From the NCBI GenBank assembly GCA_947455025.1, contig CANGLU010000001.1, forward strand, positions 29,106 through 93,105: a stretch of 64,000 nt of DNA. The letters are read 5' to 3'. This document shows positions 29,879 to 41,557 of this stretch, in pieces (position 1 is the stretch's first letter; every line of letters starts with the position of its first letter). The notes under the pieces are model-generated. The model was not told where the DNA came from. It saw nothing but the letters and a program-made list of their open reading frames with translations, and searched no databases. This DNA is from Hyphomicrobiales bacterium. GTDB lineage: Bacteria; Pseudomonadota; Alphaproteobacteria; Rhizobiales; Beijerinckiaceae. Position numbers and translations under genes: made by a program.

Positions 29879-31093
29879 TCAGTCGTCGCTGAGATGTTCA
29901 ACCGGATCAACCGGAACCGAACCTTTGCGCAATTCGAAGTGGAGTTGCGGCGCAGATACATCACCTGATTGACCGGACAGCGCAATCACTTGACCGCGCT
30001 TGATCTCATCGCCGCGCTTAACTTTAATTTCGCTCGCATTGCCATAAACCGATACCCAACCATCCGAGTGGCGGATCATCACGAGATTGCCGAAGCCTTT
30101 AACTTCGCTGCCCGCATAAGCCACAACGCCTGCCTCAGCCGCTTTGATCGGCGTGCCTTGTGGCAGGGAGATATTGATACCTGTGCTTTTCACGCCGTTT
30201 TTATCGCCAAAGCCAAGAATGACCCGACCACGCGCGGGCCAACGAAAGCCTGCTTCGGCGACAGGCTTTGCCGCTTCAGCCGGAGCCGCAGCAGGTGCTG
30301 TATTATCAAGCGAAGCCACTTGCGCAGGAGCGGCAGCTTGAGCTGCAGGCGCAGCCTTTGCTGCATCGGCCTTTTTACCGTTTGCTTTTAACGGGGCTGG
30401 CTCCGTAACGGCGGGCGTTGTTGTAACAAGAGCGGCCGCCTTTGTGGCTTCCGGTTTTGTCTTCGCAGCCGTTAAACCGTCGGCAACAAACACCGGAATG
30501 ATCAGCTTTGCGCCATGCGGCGGTTTAGCCTTGGCGGTGAGGCCATTCGCGCCGCGGATCGCATCTTCTGGCACGCCGTAACGGCTCGAAAGCGTCGCGA
30601 TCGTTTCGCCATTGCCCAAAGTGACTTCGCTCCCGCCTTGGGCAACCCATTTGCCATTTCCGGATGCGGCCGGAACAGGTTTTGAATTTTGTGGCGCGGT
30701 TAAGCTTGGCGCAGCATCAACATTCAGCGCGGCCAGTTTTTTTGCAGGCTGCTGTGAAATTGGTTGGGAAATCGTTGTGGTGGCCAATGGCTTCAACGCG
30801 CTTTGGCCCGATGCTGAATTGGCGTTTGAGCCCGACGGTGCCTCAATCGGCGCGGACGATATTGACGCATTGCTAACCGGAGCGGATGACGAGGCCATCA
30901 CATCGCTGCCATTGTTGCCATCGGCTTTCGATGAAAGCGAACCCGTTGTCGGCGGATCAAACCGGGCAGATCCGGCAAAAGGATTTGGGACCGGCGATTT
31001 ATCTGACACGCGGATAATATCGGTTCCGCAACCTGTCAGTAAAACGCAAAGACCGCAGGTAGTGAGAAAGCGCAATGCGGACTTCGAATACAC
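29879..31093 (-). CDS. nlpD: LysM-domain M23 metallopeptidase lipoprotein (NlpD-like)
   Basis: ORF 29879..31120 starts at a TTG. I trimmed it to the GTG at 31093, which lies 6 nt after a GGAGG. It has a lipobox (LLTGC), a LysM segment (VTLGNGETIATLSSRYGVPEDAIRGANGL), Ala/Pro-rich linkers and a C-terminal M23 domain (GINISLPQGTPIKAAEAGVVAYAG...HLHFELRKG). Confidence 0.9.
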   Translation of the reverse strand: MYSKSALRFLTTCGLCVLLTGCGTDIIRVSDKSPVPNPFAGSARFDPPTTGSLSSKADGNNGSDVMASSSAPVSNASISSAPIEAPSGSNANSASGQSALKPLATTTISQPISQQPAKKLAALNVDAAPSLTAPQNSKPVPAASGNGKWVAQGGSEVTLGNGETIATLSSRYGVPEDAIRGANGLTAKAKPPHGAKLIIPVFVADGLTAAKTKPEATKAAALVTTTPAVTEPAPLKANGKKADAAKAAPAAQAAAPAQVASLDNTAPAAAPAEAAKPVAEAGFRWPARGRVILGFGDKNGVKSTGINISLPQGTPIKAAEAGVVAYAGSEVKGFGNLVMIRHSDGWVSVYGNASEIKVKRGDEIKRGQVIALSGQSGDVSAPQLHFELRKGSVPVDPVEHLSDD

Positions 31094-31202
31094 GGGCGAC
31101 CTCCAAAACAAAGCGAGCAAACGACTCGCGTGAACAAAGGCATTAAACCTCTGTTTAGGTTAAGAAGTTCTTTCTATGTGAAACGTGAGACACATTATTG
31201 CC

Positions 31203-31847
31203 TCAAAGAATTTCGGATAAACCCTTTGCGAGAAGCGGCATATCGAGCCTACCGAAATGATCCATTTCAACCGAGCGGCTTCCTTCGGCGCGGCGCCAAC
31301 GCGTTAACTCCGCGACATGGCTAACGCGCAAGACACCTACCAACGCGCCGCCCGGTGTTAATTGCTCGATAAACCGATCGACTTCACCTTCGATCGATCC
31401 ATGAATAATGATCCGATCAAACGGCCCCTCTTCCACAAGACCGCGGGATCCATCCGCATGGATAACATTGATATTGGTAATTCCAAGACGGGCAAACCGC
31501 GTGCGAGCGGCTTCTACCAATGTCCGGTAGCGTTCCATGGTCGTTACACTCAGTCCGATTTGGCTTAAGAGTGCACTTGCATAACCCGATCCCGTTCCGA
31601 TTTCTAAGATCCGATCACCTGATGATGCGCCTAAAGCGGCAAACATGCGCGCGAGCGAACCCGGAGAGGATTGCGACTGGCCGCAGGCGATGGGGAGAGC
31701 CACATCCTCATGCGCTAAATCCGAATATTGATGGCCAACAAAATCAATCCGCGAAACGCGTTCAAACGCTTTCAAGCTTGCCGTATCCAATAGCCCACCA
31801 GACCTAAGGCCCAACAGGAACGACATTTTGGCTTCTGCGTTTTTCAT
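31203..31847 (-). CDS. pcm: protein-L-isoaspartate O-methyltransferase
   Basis: It has the SAM-binding motif RILEIGTGSGYASALL. The ORF-track start at 31859 is a TTG, so I used the first ATG at 31847; an alternative ATG lies at 31826. Confidence 0.9.
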   Translation of the reverse strand: MKNAEAKMSFLLGLRSGGLLDTASLKAFERVSRIDFVGHQYSDLAHEDVALPIACGQSQSSPGSLARMFAALGASSGDRILEIGTGSGYASALLSQIGLSVTTMERYRTLVEAARTRFARLGITNINVIHADGSRGLVEEGPFDRIIIHGSIEGEVDRFIEQLTPGGALVGVLRVSHVAELTRWRRAEGSRSVEMDHFGRLDMPLLAKGLSEIL

Positions 31848-31871
31848 GCTGGCCGTCAAGCCTTGTTCCTT

Positions 31872-32627
31872 TTAAAAAATTTGCGCGTAACGCGTGAGCG
31901 TTGGCTCATCGGTCAAATCAAGCCGAAGCGGTGTTACCGATACGCGATGATCGGCAATGGCTTCGAGATCTGTTCCATGGCCGGGAACCGATTTTCCGCG
32001 CGCAAAGGCGATCCAATAATAAGGGTTGCCACGGCCATCAAACCGTTCGTCAATCCTGAGCAAATCTTGCTGGCGTTGTCCCTGAACGGAAACGCTGGTG
32101 CCTTTAACGTCTTCGGGTTTGCAATTCGGAAAATTGATATTCACCAGAATATTCGGCGGAATACCTTCTTTGAGAACTTTGCGAATAATATCGGGCGCTA
32201 GCGTCTCGGCACAATTCCAGTGCAGCGCCTTTACCGAATCCGGGCCGTAGCATTGCGAGAGTGCGATCGACGGAACACCCAAAATGGTCCCCTCAATGGC
32301 CGCCGCAACCGTGCCTGAATAGGTCACGTCTTCCGCCACATTCTGCCCGCGATTGACTCCGGATAAAATGAGGTCGGGCTTCCGATCCAACACATGACGA
32401 ACCGCCATGATCACGCAATCGGTCGGCGTCCCGCGAACGGCGTAGCGTTGCGGACCCGATTGGCGCAGCCGAAGCGGATCGTTCAGCGACAATGAATGCG
32501 CGACACCCGATTGATCCGTTTCAGGCGCTACAATCCACACATCGTCTGAAAGGCTACGCGCAATCGCCTCGCAAATCGCGAGACCTGGAGCATGGATTCC
32601 ATCGTCATTTGTGACTAAAATGCGCAT
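31872..32627 (-). CDS. surE: 5'/3'-nucleotidase SurE
   Basis: ORF trimmed to the ATG at 32627, giving the canonical N-terminus [16 protein letters not shown]. It starts 1 nt after the serS stop. Confidence 0.94.
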   Translation of the reverse strand: MRILVTNDDGIHAPGLAICEAIARSLSDDVWIVAPETDQSGVAHSLSLNDPLRLRQSGPQRYAVRGTPTDCVIMAVRHVLDRKPDLILSGVNRGQNVAEDVTYSGTVAAAIEGTILGVPSIALSQCYGPDSVKALHWNCAETLAPDIIRKVLKEGIPPNILVNINFPNCKPEDVKGTSVSVQGQRQQDLLRIDERFDGRGNPYYWIAFARGKSVPGHGTDLEAIADHRVSVTPLRLDLTDEPTLTRYAQIF

Positions 32628-32628
32628 A

Positions 32629-33924
<1,296 letters not shown>

Positions 33925-33955
33925 TTAACTGTTTTTAGGGAAACGGAAAAACGGT

Positions 33956-34744
33956 CTATTCGGCGTTTCGGTCCGCTTCAGCCTTGGCACGTTGTTTTTC
34001 GACGATTCGCACGGCGAAGATAGAGGCCTCATACAAAAGCAGGGTTGGAATAGCGAGCGACATCTGACTGATCACGTCTGGAGGCGTCAACACGGCTGCC
34101 ACGACAAAGACCAAAACAATCGCATAGCGCCTTTTATCGCGAAGAAATTGGGCGTCAATAAACCCTGCACGGGCCAAAAGCGTCAGCACAACGGGAAGCT
34201 GGAACGTGATCCCGAACGCGAAAATTAGCGTCATGATCAGCGACAAATATTCGCTCACCTTTGGCAAAAGCTCGATTGATGCGGCACCGGCAACATCCAA
34301 CTGTTGCTGGCCAATCGAATATTTCATGACAATCGGCATCGCGATGAAAAACACAACCGAAGCGCCCACCAGAAACAAAACCGGCGTCGCAATCAGGTAG
34401 GGAACAAACGCGTCTTTTTCGTTTTTATACAGGCCGGGTGCTACGAACTTATAAATCTGGGTCGCAACAATCGGAAAAGAACAAAAAGAAGCTCCGAAAA
34501 CGGCAATTTTAATCTGCGTAAACAGATATTCCAGCGGTGCCGTGTAAATCAGTTTGACCTGCGAAACGTCACCGGCCGCCAGTACATAAGGGAAAATCAG
34601 AATATTGTAGATTTGCTTGGCGAAGAAAAAGCAAAAGAAGAACATCACAAAAAACGAGATCAGCGATTTGATGAGGCGCGCACGCAGCTCAATCAAATGC
34701 TCCATCAAAGGCGCTTTCGATGCGTCAATATCTTCAGTGGTCAT
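33956..34744 (-). CDS. tatC: twin-arginine translocase subunit TatC
   Basis: The 262-aa, six-helix ORF contains [17 protein letters not shown]. Its ATG overlaps the tatB stop (ATGA). Confidence 0.95.
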   Translation of the reverse strand: MTTEDIDASKAPLMEHLIELRARLIKSLISFFVMFFFCFFFAKQIYNILIFPYVLAAGDVSQVKLIYTAPLEYLFTQIKIAVFGASFCSFPIVATQIYKFVAPGLYKNEKDAFVPYLIATPVLFLVGASVVFFIAMPIVMKYSIGQQQLDVAGAASIELLPKVSEYLSLIMTLIFAFGITFQLPVVLTLLARAGFIDAQFLRDKRRYAIVLVFVVAAVLTPPDVISQMSLAIPTLLLYEASIFAVRIVEKQRAKAEADRNAE

Positions 34745-35292
34745 GACGCATCTTCTTGGCTTTCGGATTTCTTGCTCGAAGCACGCCGCTTTGGCTTTTC
34801 TTCTACACGCTTTTCTTCCGTAGGCTTATCATCCGATGCCGCAATTTCTGGGAATAGCGTGTCGGCGGTGTCTTCCACCTCGGCAACAGGTTTTTTAGCC
34901 CTTTTCTTGGGCTTAGGCTTATCGTCGGTCTCGTCAACAACCGGCGCTACCGGCTCACTAACGGGCTCCGGTTCGGTTGAAACTGGCTCAACCGGAAACG
35001 CAGGTGCCGGAGCGGATAATTCGGCCAGCGTCGGATAGACTTCTTTCACTTCCGATGCAGCGGCAATTCCCGCCATGTCCGATTTGATGTCTGAAAACAG
35101 CTTTTGCGTCTCCGCCATATCAGCTTCGCGCATCGCATCGTTGAATTGATTTTGAAAATCACCCGCCATCCGGCGCATTTTTCCTACGGCCTGTCCAACA
35201 GTCCGTAAAAGGCCCGGTAATTCTTTAGGACCGATCGCTACAAGCGCGACAACGCCAATGACAACCAGTTCCCCTGCGCCGAAATCAAACAT
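34741..35292 (-). CDS. tatB: twin-arginine translocase subunit TatB
   Basis: It starts [26 protein letters not shown] and has a long acidic and lysine-rich tail. Confidence 0.9.
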   Translation of the reverse strand: MFDFGAGELVVIGVVALVAIGPKELPGLLRTVGQAVGKMRRMAGDFQNQFNDAMREADMAETQKLFSDIKSDMAGIAAASEVKEVYPTLAELSAPAPAFPVEPVSTEPEPVSEPVAPVVDETDDKPKPKKRAKKPVAEVEDTADTLFPEIAASDDKPTEEKRVEEKPKRRASSKKSESQEDAS

Positions 35293-35339
35293 CGAGCAAA
35301 AGCCTGCTTTCCGAGCGCTTAACGCGCACGTTGAACCAA

Positions 35340-35588
35340 TTAACCGGCTTTATGCTCGTGTGGAGCTGCCTGTGGCGCGGCTTGCGGCGCTGCGGCAGGC
35401 CCCGGAACGGGCTTAGCCGCCTCAGCGGGATGAGCAGCCGCTACGGGTTCATCATCCGCCATTCCCTTTTTGAACGACTTAATGCCCTTGGCCACATCGC
35501 CCATGAGATCGGATACCTTACCCCGACCAAACAGCAGCATCACAATGATACCCACGACAACCCAGTGCCAGATGCTAACGCTTCCCAT
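35340..35588 (-). CDS. tatA: twin-arginine translocase subunit TatA
   Basis: It starts [42 protein letters not shown], and a GGAGG RBS lies upstream. Confidence 0.93.
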   Translation of the reverse strand: MGSVSIWHWVVVGIIVMLLFGRGKVSDLMGDVAKGIKSFKKGMADDEPVAAAHPAEAAKPVPGPAAAPQAAPQAAPHEHKAG

Positions 35589-35693
35589 AAGGGGCCTCCG
35601 ATTAAATTGAGCCCGGATTTACCAAGCTATCTTGTCTGGAACTGAAACTAGGCGCACGGAACGTTAAAAACAAGAACTTCGTGTGCCTGAACT

Positions 35694-35727
35694 GTAAAAT
35701 ACCGCAATCGCACCTAGGATTGCGGTT
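35694..35727 (-). terminator. possible terminator overlapping the scpB stop codon
   Basis: A 9-bp stem pairs ACCGCAATC (35701-35709) with GATTGCGGT (35718-35726). On the minus strand it is followed by AUUUUA, a short U-tract. Confidence 0.35.
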
Positions 35728-36454
35728 CAGCCTCAAGCCCTTCTTCCGTAGCACCTGCCCGTTCTTCGGCGATGAGGACAAACAAATCTTCATCCAACGG
35801 GTCTTCATCAGGCCGCAATTCGGCTGAATCCGAGGGTTCTGGGACATCAAAATCGGCTGGAAGCCGTCCATCAAAGAAGCCGGCGCCCTTCAACTCCGAT
35901 AGGCCGGGAAGCTCGCCAATGGCCTGAAGACCAAATTGGTCTAAAAACGCTTCGGTTGTGCCATAGGTGACAGGGCGTCCCGGCGCCTTACGACGGCCGC
36001 GCAATTTGATCCAATTGGTTTCCAAGAGGACGTCGACGGTACCTTTGCTCGTCGCAACGCCACGGATCTCTTCAATTTCAGCGCGCGTTACGGGCTGGTG
36101 ATAGGCAATAATCGCCAAGGTTTCGAGCGCAGCACGGGATAGGCGGCGTGGCTCCTCGCGTTCACGAACAAGAAGATGGCCGAGGTCTTCCGCCGTGCGG
36201 AACGCCCATTTTCCGGCTGTCCGCAGTAAATTGACGCCACGCGGAGCATAATCGGCGGCCAGTTCTGCCAAAATCTCGGCCAAAGCACCGTCCGGACCAA
36301 GATGGAAGGTGAAGTCGTCGTCACTTAACGGTTTAGGCGACGCGAACAGCAGCGCTTCCACAATCCGCTTGTCACGCAAAAAGCGTGCATCCCGTTGAAC
36401 GGGACGTTCCTCGTCGATTTCTGCTTCCATGATGACCATTGCCTCGGCTGTCAT
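35714..36454 (-). CDS. scpB: segregation and condensation protein B
   Basis: The 246-aa ORF contains IVEALLFASPKPLS...TLAIIAYHQPVTRAEIEEIRGV. Its start overlaps the scpA stop. Confidence 0.92.
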   Translation of the reverse strand: MTAEAMVIMEAEIDEERPVQRDARFLRDKRIVEALLFASPKPLSDDDFTFHLGPDGALAEILAELAADYAPRGVNLLRTAGKWAFRTAEDLGHLLVREREEPRRLSRAALETLAIIAYHQPVTRAEIEEIRGVATSKGTVDVLLETNWIKLRGRRKAPGRPVTYGTTEAFLDQFGLQAIGELPGLSELKGAGFFDGRLPADFDVPEPSDSAELRPDEDPLDEDLFVLIAEERAGATEEGLEAEPQS

Positions 36455-37257
36455 GCCACGGGCCTTTCCGTATTTGTCGAGAGCGCGCGTAAATAAATCG
36501 GAGCAAAGGTCCGCTCCTGCTTAATTTCGGCCCGTCCTTCTTTCACAAGTTCTAGCGTTGCGGAGAGCGAGGTCGCCCTAACCGTCTTTTCCATTCCGGG
36601 TTCGGACATGAAGGCGATCAGATATTCGTCGAGGACCGCCCATTCCGTTGTTGTTCCAATCATCCGCTCCAGCGCCGCACGGGCGGCATCAAGCGACCAG
36701 ACATGCCGCTTTTTGAGCGAAATCCGGGCCAATGCCCTCACCTGCCTTTGTTGCGCATAGGCCGAGAGCAAATCATGAATTGATGCTTCCCAGAGCGTGA
36801 TGCGTTTTAAAGCGACAGGTTCTGGGCTGCCGCGCGAGAAAATATCGCGATTGAGCTGGGGTCTTTCGTGCAAAAGACGGGAAACGGCCCGAATGGCCTC
36901 CAATCGACGCAACCGATTGGCAAGGGCGGCTGCCAAATCATTCGCATTGGGTTCGTCGGGCGACGCGGCGGCGGGCAGCAGCAATCGCGACTTCAAAAAG
37001 GTCAGCCAAGCCGCCATGACGAGGTAATCGGCGGCCAATTCCAGCCGAAGCGCGCGGGCTTGCTCGATAAAGGTCAAATATTGCTCGACAAGCGTGAGGA
37101 TCGAAATCTTGGCAAGATCGACCTTTTGGCGGCGCGCCAATTCGAGCAACAGATCGAGCGGGCCGGAAAACCCGTCCAAATCAATCATGCAAACCGGATC
37201 GTTTACGCCGCGTTCGTCTTCGAACGGCTTTTCGGCAAAGAGCCTTGCTTCAGACAT
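36451..37257 (-). CDS. scpA: segregation and condensation protein A (kleisin)
   Basis: The 268-aa ORF contains FSGPLDLLLELARRQKVDLAKISILTLVEQYL. Confidence 0.92.
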   Translation of the reverse strand: MSEARLFAEKPFEDERGVNDPVCMIDLDGFSGPLDLLLELARRQKVDLAKISILTLVEQYLTFIEQARALRLELAADYLVMAAWLTFLKSRLLLPAAASPDEPNANDLAAALANRLRRLEAIRAVSRLLHERPQLNRDIFSRGSPEPVALKRITLWEASIHDLLSAYAQQRQVRALARISLKKRHVWSLDAARAALERMIGTTTEWAVLDEYLIAFMSEPGMEKTVRATSLSATLELVKEGRAEIKQERTFAPIYLRALSTNTERPVA

Positions 37258-37303
37258 TGAATGTTACACAAACCCCAAAATTCAGGATTTGATTCTGTCG
37301 ACT

Positions 37304-38323
37304 TCAGATGACAAGAGCAAGCTTAGCTTCGAGATTTTTGGCGGCTTCCACAGGATCAAACACAGATGGACGCTTTTCAAGCAGCGAAAGGGCTCGATTG
37401 GCCCGTTCCAAACTCGGCCCGGCCAAGATGGGGGACGCGGCGGCGACCGCCTCGGCCTCCTCCATCACGCCATTACAATGAAGCGCAATATCGCAGCCTG
37501 CTTGAAACAGCGCCTCGGTTCGCTCCCTGAACCCGCCAGAAAGCGCCTTCATCGAGACGTCATCGCTCAATAAAAGCCCGTCAAACCCGATAAAGCCGCG
37601 GATGATGTCCCGGATGATCTTGGGCGATGTCGTCGCGGGGCCCTTTGGGTCAATCGCGTCAAAGACAATGTGCCCCGTCATGGCGATCGGCAGGTCATTG
37701 AGACGCTTAAACGGTAAAAAATCAGTCTTTTCAAGAATATCGACGGGTTCTTTCACGACGGGCAGCGCGTAATGGCTATCCACCATGGCGCGGCCATGTC
37801 CCGGCATATGCTTGATGACGGGCAACACCCCGCCGTCGAGCATCCCGTCAGCCGCCGCCCGTCCAATGCGCGAAATGGCCTCGGGCTCTGACGCATAGGC
37901 GCGATCCCCGATGGCATCGTTCGACCCGGGTACGGGACAGTCGAGGACAGGCATACAATCAACGGTGATCCCGCATTCGGTGAGATCATGGGCGATTAAT
38001 CGGGATGCCAAGCGCGCCAAATCAGCGGCGTCGTCCACATTACCGTTGCACGCTTTCAGATAATGGGCTGCCGCCGGATATTTACGCCAATGGGGCGGTC
38101 CCATGCGCTGCACGCGGCCACCCTCCTGATCAATCAAGACCGGCGCATTAGGGCGGCCGACACTTTCGCGAAAATGGGCGGTAAGCGCCTTTAATTGGGC
38201 AGGATCGACGATATTGCGTCGAAACAAGATCAGTCCCCAAGGCTTGGCTTCGGCGATAAACCTTGCCTCGTCTGACGATAATTCGCTCCCTGAACAGCCA
38301 ATAATAAGGGCTTTGCTACGCAT
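37304..38323 (-). CDS. nagZ: beta-N-acetylhexosaminidase
   Basis: It is a GH3 family member (LIDQEGGRVQRM...KHMPGHGRAMVDSH). The ORF-track start at 38344 is a TTG, so I used the ATG at 38323 (MRSKALIIG...); the start is uncertain. Confidence 0.9.
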   Translation of the reverse strand: MRSKALIIGCSGSELSSDEARFIAEAKPWGLILFRRNIVDPAQLKALTAHFRESVGRPNAPVLIDQEGGRVQRMGPPHWRKYPAAAHYLKACNGNVDDAADLARLASRLIAHDLTECGITVDCMPVLDCPVPGSNDAIGDRAYASEPEAISRIGRAAADGMLDGGVLPVIKHMPGHGRAMVDSHYALPVVKEPVDILEKTDFLPFKRLNDLPIAMTGHIVFDAIDPKGPATTSPKIIRDIIRGFIGFDGLLLSDDVSMKALSGGFRERTEALFQAGCDIALHCNGVMEEAEAVAAASPILAGPSLERANRALSLLEKRPSVFDPVEAAKNLEAKLALVI

Positions 38324-38350
38324 CAGGAACAACCCATCATCCAAAAGCGG

Positions 38351-39703
38351 TCAATTTTTAGCGATAAAGCATTTCGCGCCAGACGCCGCCGCCGTCGCGC
38401 AGGCCGCCGCCGCTTCATCGCGGCTATAGCCGAACGCGCGGACGCGGAACACTGTCTTGCCATTGATATCGGCCTTGATCACGGCGATCGAATGATTGCC
38501 CAACAGGTCCGCTAGTTGCGTTTTAAGACGTCCCGAAAGCGCGTTTGCTTCTGCCTCGGCAGGAGATGCGCCAAATTGGACGGCATAATCACCTGCTATC
38601 GGAGCATCATTGGTTGCTTGCGGCTCATCGGCGGGCTTTGGTTCATCATTGGTGGCCTGAGCGACGAGATCGCGGAGCGGATCATCCGCAGCCGCATTCA
38701 TCGCATCCTCATTTGGCCGCGCGGGTGGTAACGGAACGGGGCCGCCATTAAGCGTCGCGGGTACCGTTGGCAAAGGAGGCAAGCCTGTCGAAGGTTCCGC
38801 CGACGCCGTTTGAACGGGTTTAGCCGCCGCCGATGCTACAGGAGCCGGCGCAGCTACAGGTGTCGCTACCGGTTGAGGCGCTTCTTGTGACATGGCCGAA
38901 GCCGATGGGGTGACAATAACGGGCGTTGCGCTTGGAGCAGACGGTGCGGATCCTGCCATCGGATCACCAATCATCGTTCCATCGGGACGGACCGTGACGG
39001 TGCGCACCGATTTAGGCTCGCCCATGCCCGGGACCAAAGAGGTCGACTTATTGCCGTTGGCTTTGACGGCCGCGTTCACGTCCAAAGGGGCCTCGGCGCT
39101 TGATTTTGTGGTTGCCGTGCTAACCGTGTCAGCCCCTTTTTTGCCAAATAATTCCGAGCCGGCGGGTGCAGCATCGTTGGATGCATTGGTATCGGGAACC
39201 ACTTTGACCGGATTTGTATCCGCCTTGATCACAGGCACCGATTTTTGATCAGGTGCCACGGAAACGCTCAAGGATAATTTGCCGGAATAGAAGAAATAAC
39301 CAAAGGATACGAATAGAAACAGGACGACCAAGGCGATCATCGCCCGAAAAATTGGTGAACCCCGCTCCTTGCCCCGATCAATCAGCGGAAACCGCTCGTC
39401 GAAAGGATTGCTATATTCCGCTTGGCCTGCGCCAAGCGGCGGCGCGCTTAAAAAAGCAGGTGGCGGGCCGGGATCGGGTAACTCCACAGGCATTGCCGCG
39501 GGCCGTTGCGGCATTGGCGGTTGTGTGCGCGTAAAATCACGCCGCAACGCGTCTAAATCAGGAACCGGGGCGGGCTTTTCAACAAAATCAGGCTGCGGCG
39601 TTGCGCGAATAGCGGCTTCGGCATGCGCGCGGGATGCCACGCGCAATTGCCTCTCTAATTCCTCGAGATTGACGCCAGGCCGATTTTGTTGGTCTTCCGT
39701 CAT
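38351..39703 (-). CDS. SPOR domain-containing protein
   Basis: The 450-aa ORF has one transmembrane segment (IFRAMIALVVLFLFVSFGYFF) and long Pro/Ala-rich low-complexity regions. The C-terminal SPOR fold reads YAVQFGASPAEAEANALSGRL...FRVRAFGYSRDEAAAAC. Confidence 0.85.
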   Translation of the reverse strand: MTEDQQNRPGVNLEELERQLRVASRAHAEAAIRATPQPDFVEKPAPVPDLDALRRDFTRTQPPMPQRPAAMPVELPDPGPPPAFLSAPPLGAGQAEYSNPFDERFPLIDRGKERGSPIFRAMIALVVLFLFVSFGYFFYSGKLSLSVSVAPDQKSVPVIKADTNPVKVVPDTNASNDAAPAGSELFGKKGADTVSTATTKSSAEAPLDVNAAVKANGNKSTSLVPGMGEPKSVRTVTVRPDGTMIGDPMAGSAPSAPSATPVIVTPSASAMSQEAPQPVATPVAAPAPVASAAAKPVQTASAEPSTGLPPLPTVPATLNGGPVPLPPARPNEDAMNAAADDPLRDLVAQATNDEPKPADEPQATNDAPIAGDYAVQFGASPAEAEANALSGRLKTQLADLLGNHSIAVIKADINGKTVFRVRAFGYSRDEAAAACATAAASGAKCFIAKN

Positions 39704-39760
39704 GAGAGCAACCCTGTTTACGGCGTTTATGCCCTAAGGTAACCCGCCTTTATCCTCCGC

Positions 39761-41521
39761 TCAACGCATTTCATTCGGCGCCGAAACGCCCAGAACGGAA
39801 AGACCAGCGAATAACACAAAGCGGACCGCCTCGACCAAAGACAAACGCGCCTGAGTGACAACACGGTCGTCTTCGATAACAAAACGCAACTTCGGCGAAT
39901 CCTTGCCACGATTCCATAAAGAATGGAAATCACTCGCCAAATCATAAAGATAAAATGCGAGCCGATGCGGTTCATGGGCCAACGCCGCCGCTTCGACGAT
40001 CCGTGGAAATTGGGAAATCCGGTGCATGACCGCAAGCTCGGCCTCATCCACCAAGCCGCTCCGGTCACACGACGCCACGGTCGAGGACGGATCATCCGAC
40101 AAGGCATAGCCTGAAGCTTGTCGTAACACGGACGAACACCGCGCATGCGCGTATTGAACGTAAAAGACCGCATTGTCTTTCGATTGCTCGATCACCTTGG
40201 CAAGGTCGAAATCCAGCGTTGCGTCGTTCTTCCGAAACAGCATCATAAAGCGGACGGCATCGCGACCTACTTCATCAACGACTTCGCGTAGGGTAATGAA
40301 ATCGCCGGATCTTTTGCTCATCCGAACTTGTTCGCCATTCCGCAAAAGCCGTACCAACTGACAAATTTTGACGTCTAATTCGCCGGCACCATTCGTGATC
40401 GCGCGAACGGCTGCCGCCATCCGCTTGATATACCCCCCGTGATCGGCACCCCACACATCGATCATGAGCGGAAAGCCCCGCTCGAATTTCGACTGATGAT
40501 AGGCAATATCGGCGGCAAAATAGGTGTAACTGCCGTCCGATTTGAGCAAAGGACGATCAACATCATCGCCAAAATTGGAAGCGCGGAATAAAGTCTGCTC
40601 GCGATCTTCCCAATCCTCAACCGGCGCGCCCTTAGGCGGTGCAAGCCGTCCTTGATAAATCAGATCGCGGGATCTGAGGTCGTCAATCATCCGCCCGATC
40701 AGGTCGACAGGCCCGTCTTGCGCCAAAGTCCGCTCGGAGAAAAATACATTATGCTGGATGTTTAGAGCCGAAAGATCCTCCCGGATCATATCCATCATCA
40801 TGGAAATGGCGGTTGACCGCGTGATCGGCAACCAATCCTTCTCGGCGAGCTGCAGCAAAGTAGGCCCATGCGATTTTGCCAATTCTTCGCCAACCGGGAT
40901 CAAATAATCGCCCGGATAAAGTCCCTCGGGGATATCGCCTACCTCTTCGCCGAGCGCCTCGCGATACCGCAAAAACGCCGAACGGGCCAAGACATCGACT
41001 TGGGCGCCCGCATCATTGATGTAATATTCGCGCGTCACATCAAATCCGGCAAAGTCCAACAGACTTGCCAGCGCATCGCCAAAGACCGCCCCGCGCCCAT
41101 GGCCAACATGCATTGGGCCCGTCGGGTTGGCCGAGACAAATTCCACATTGACCTTTTGGCCTGCACCAACCCGGCTGCGTCCGAATTCGGTCTTATTTTC
41201 AAGGACCGCGCCAATAACGCGATGGAAGATCGCCGGATCAAGCCGTAAATTGATAAAACCGGGCCCCGCTATTTCGACCCTCGATACACCCTCAAAAGCG
41301 GACATGGCTCCAACCAACATGTCAGCCAAAGCACGGGGTGCCATTCCCGCTTCTTTGGCGAAGACGAGCGCCACATTGGTGGCCAGATCCCCGTGGGACA
41401 TATCACGCGGCGGTTCGACCACAATCTTCTGGGTATCAAGATTGGCAGGAAGCTTGCCCGATTGACCCATTTCCAAGACGGTCTCAGCGATCTTGCGCTG
41501 ATAAATGTCGAACACGTTCAT
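39761..41521 (-). CDS. argS: arginyl-tRNA synthetase
   Basis: It has the class I HIGH-type motif ([16 protein letters not shown]) and a C-terminal anticodon-binding domain. The ORF-track start at 41533 is a TTG, so I used the ATG at 41521 ([10 protein letters not shown]). Confidence 0.96.
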   Translation of the reverse strand: MNVFDIYQRKIAETVLEMGQSGKLPANLDTQKIVVEPPRDMSHGDLATNVALVFAKEAGMAPRALADMLVGAMSAFEGVSRVEIAGPGFINLRLDPAIFHRVIGAVLENKTEFGRSRVGAGQKVNVEFVSANPTGPMHVGHGRGAVFGDALASLLDFAGFDVTREYYINDAGAQVDVLARSAFLRYREALGEEVGDIPEGLYPGDYLIPVGEELAKSHGPTLLQLAEKDWLPITRSTAISMMMDMIREDLSALNIQHNVFFSERTLAQDGPVDLIGRMIDDLRSRDLIYQGRLAPPKGAPVEDWEDREQTLFRASNFGDDVDRPLLKSDGSYTYFAADIAYHQSKFERGFPLMIDVWGADHGGYIKRMAAAVRAITNGAGELDVKICQLVRLLRNGEQVRMSKRSGDFITLREVVDEVGRDAVRFMMLFRKNDATLDFDLAKVIEQSKDNAVFYVQYAHARCSSVLRQASGYALSDDPSSTVASCDRSGLVDEAELAVMHRISQFPRIVEAAALAHEPHRLAFYLYDLASDFHSLWNRGKDSPKLRFVIEDDRVVTQARLSLVEAVRFVLFAGLSVLGVSAPNEMR

Positions 41522-41557
41522 TTCACTATCCAATTCTCAAAATTACGCGTCCGGCGG

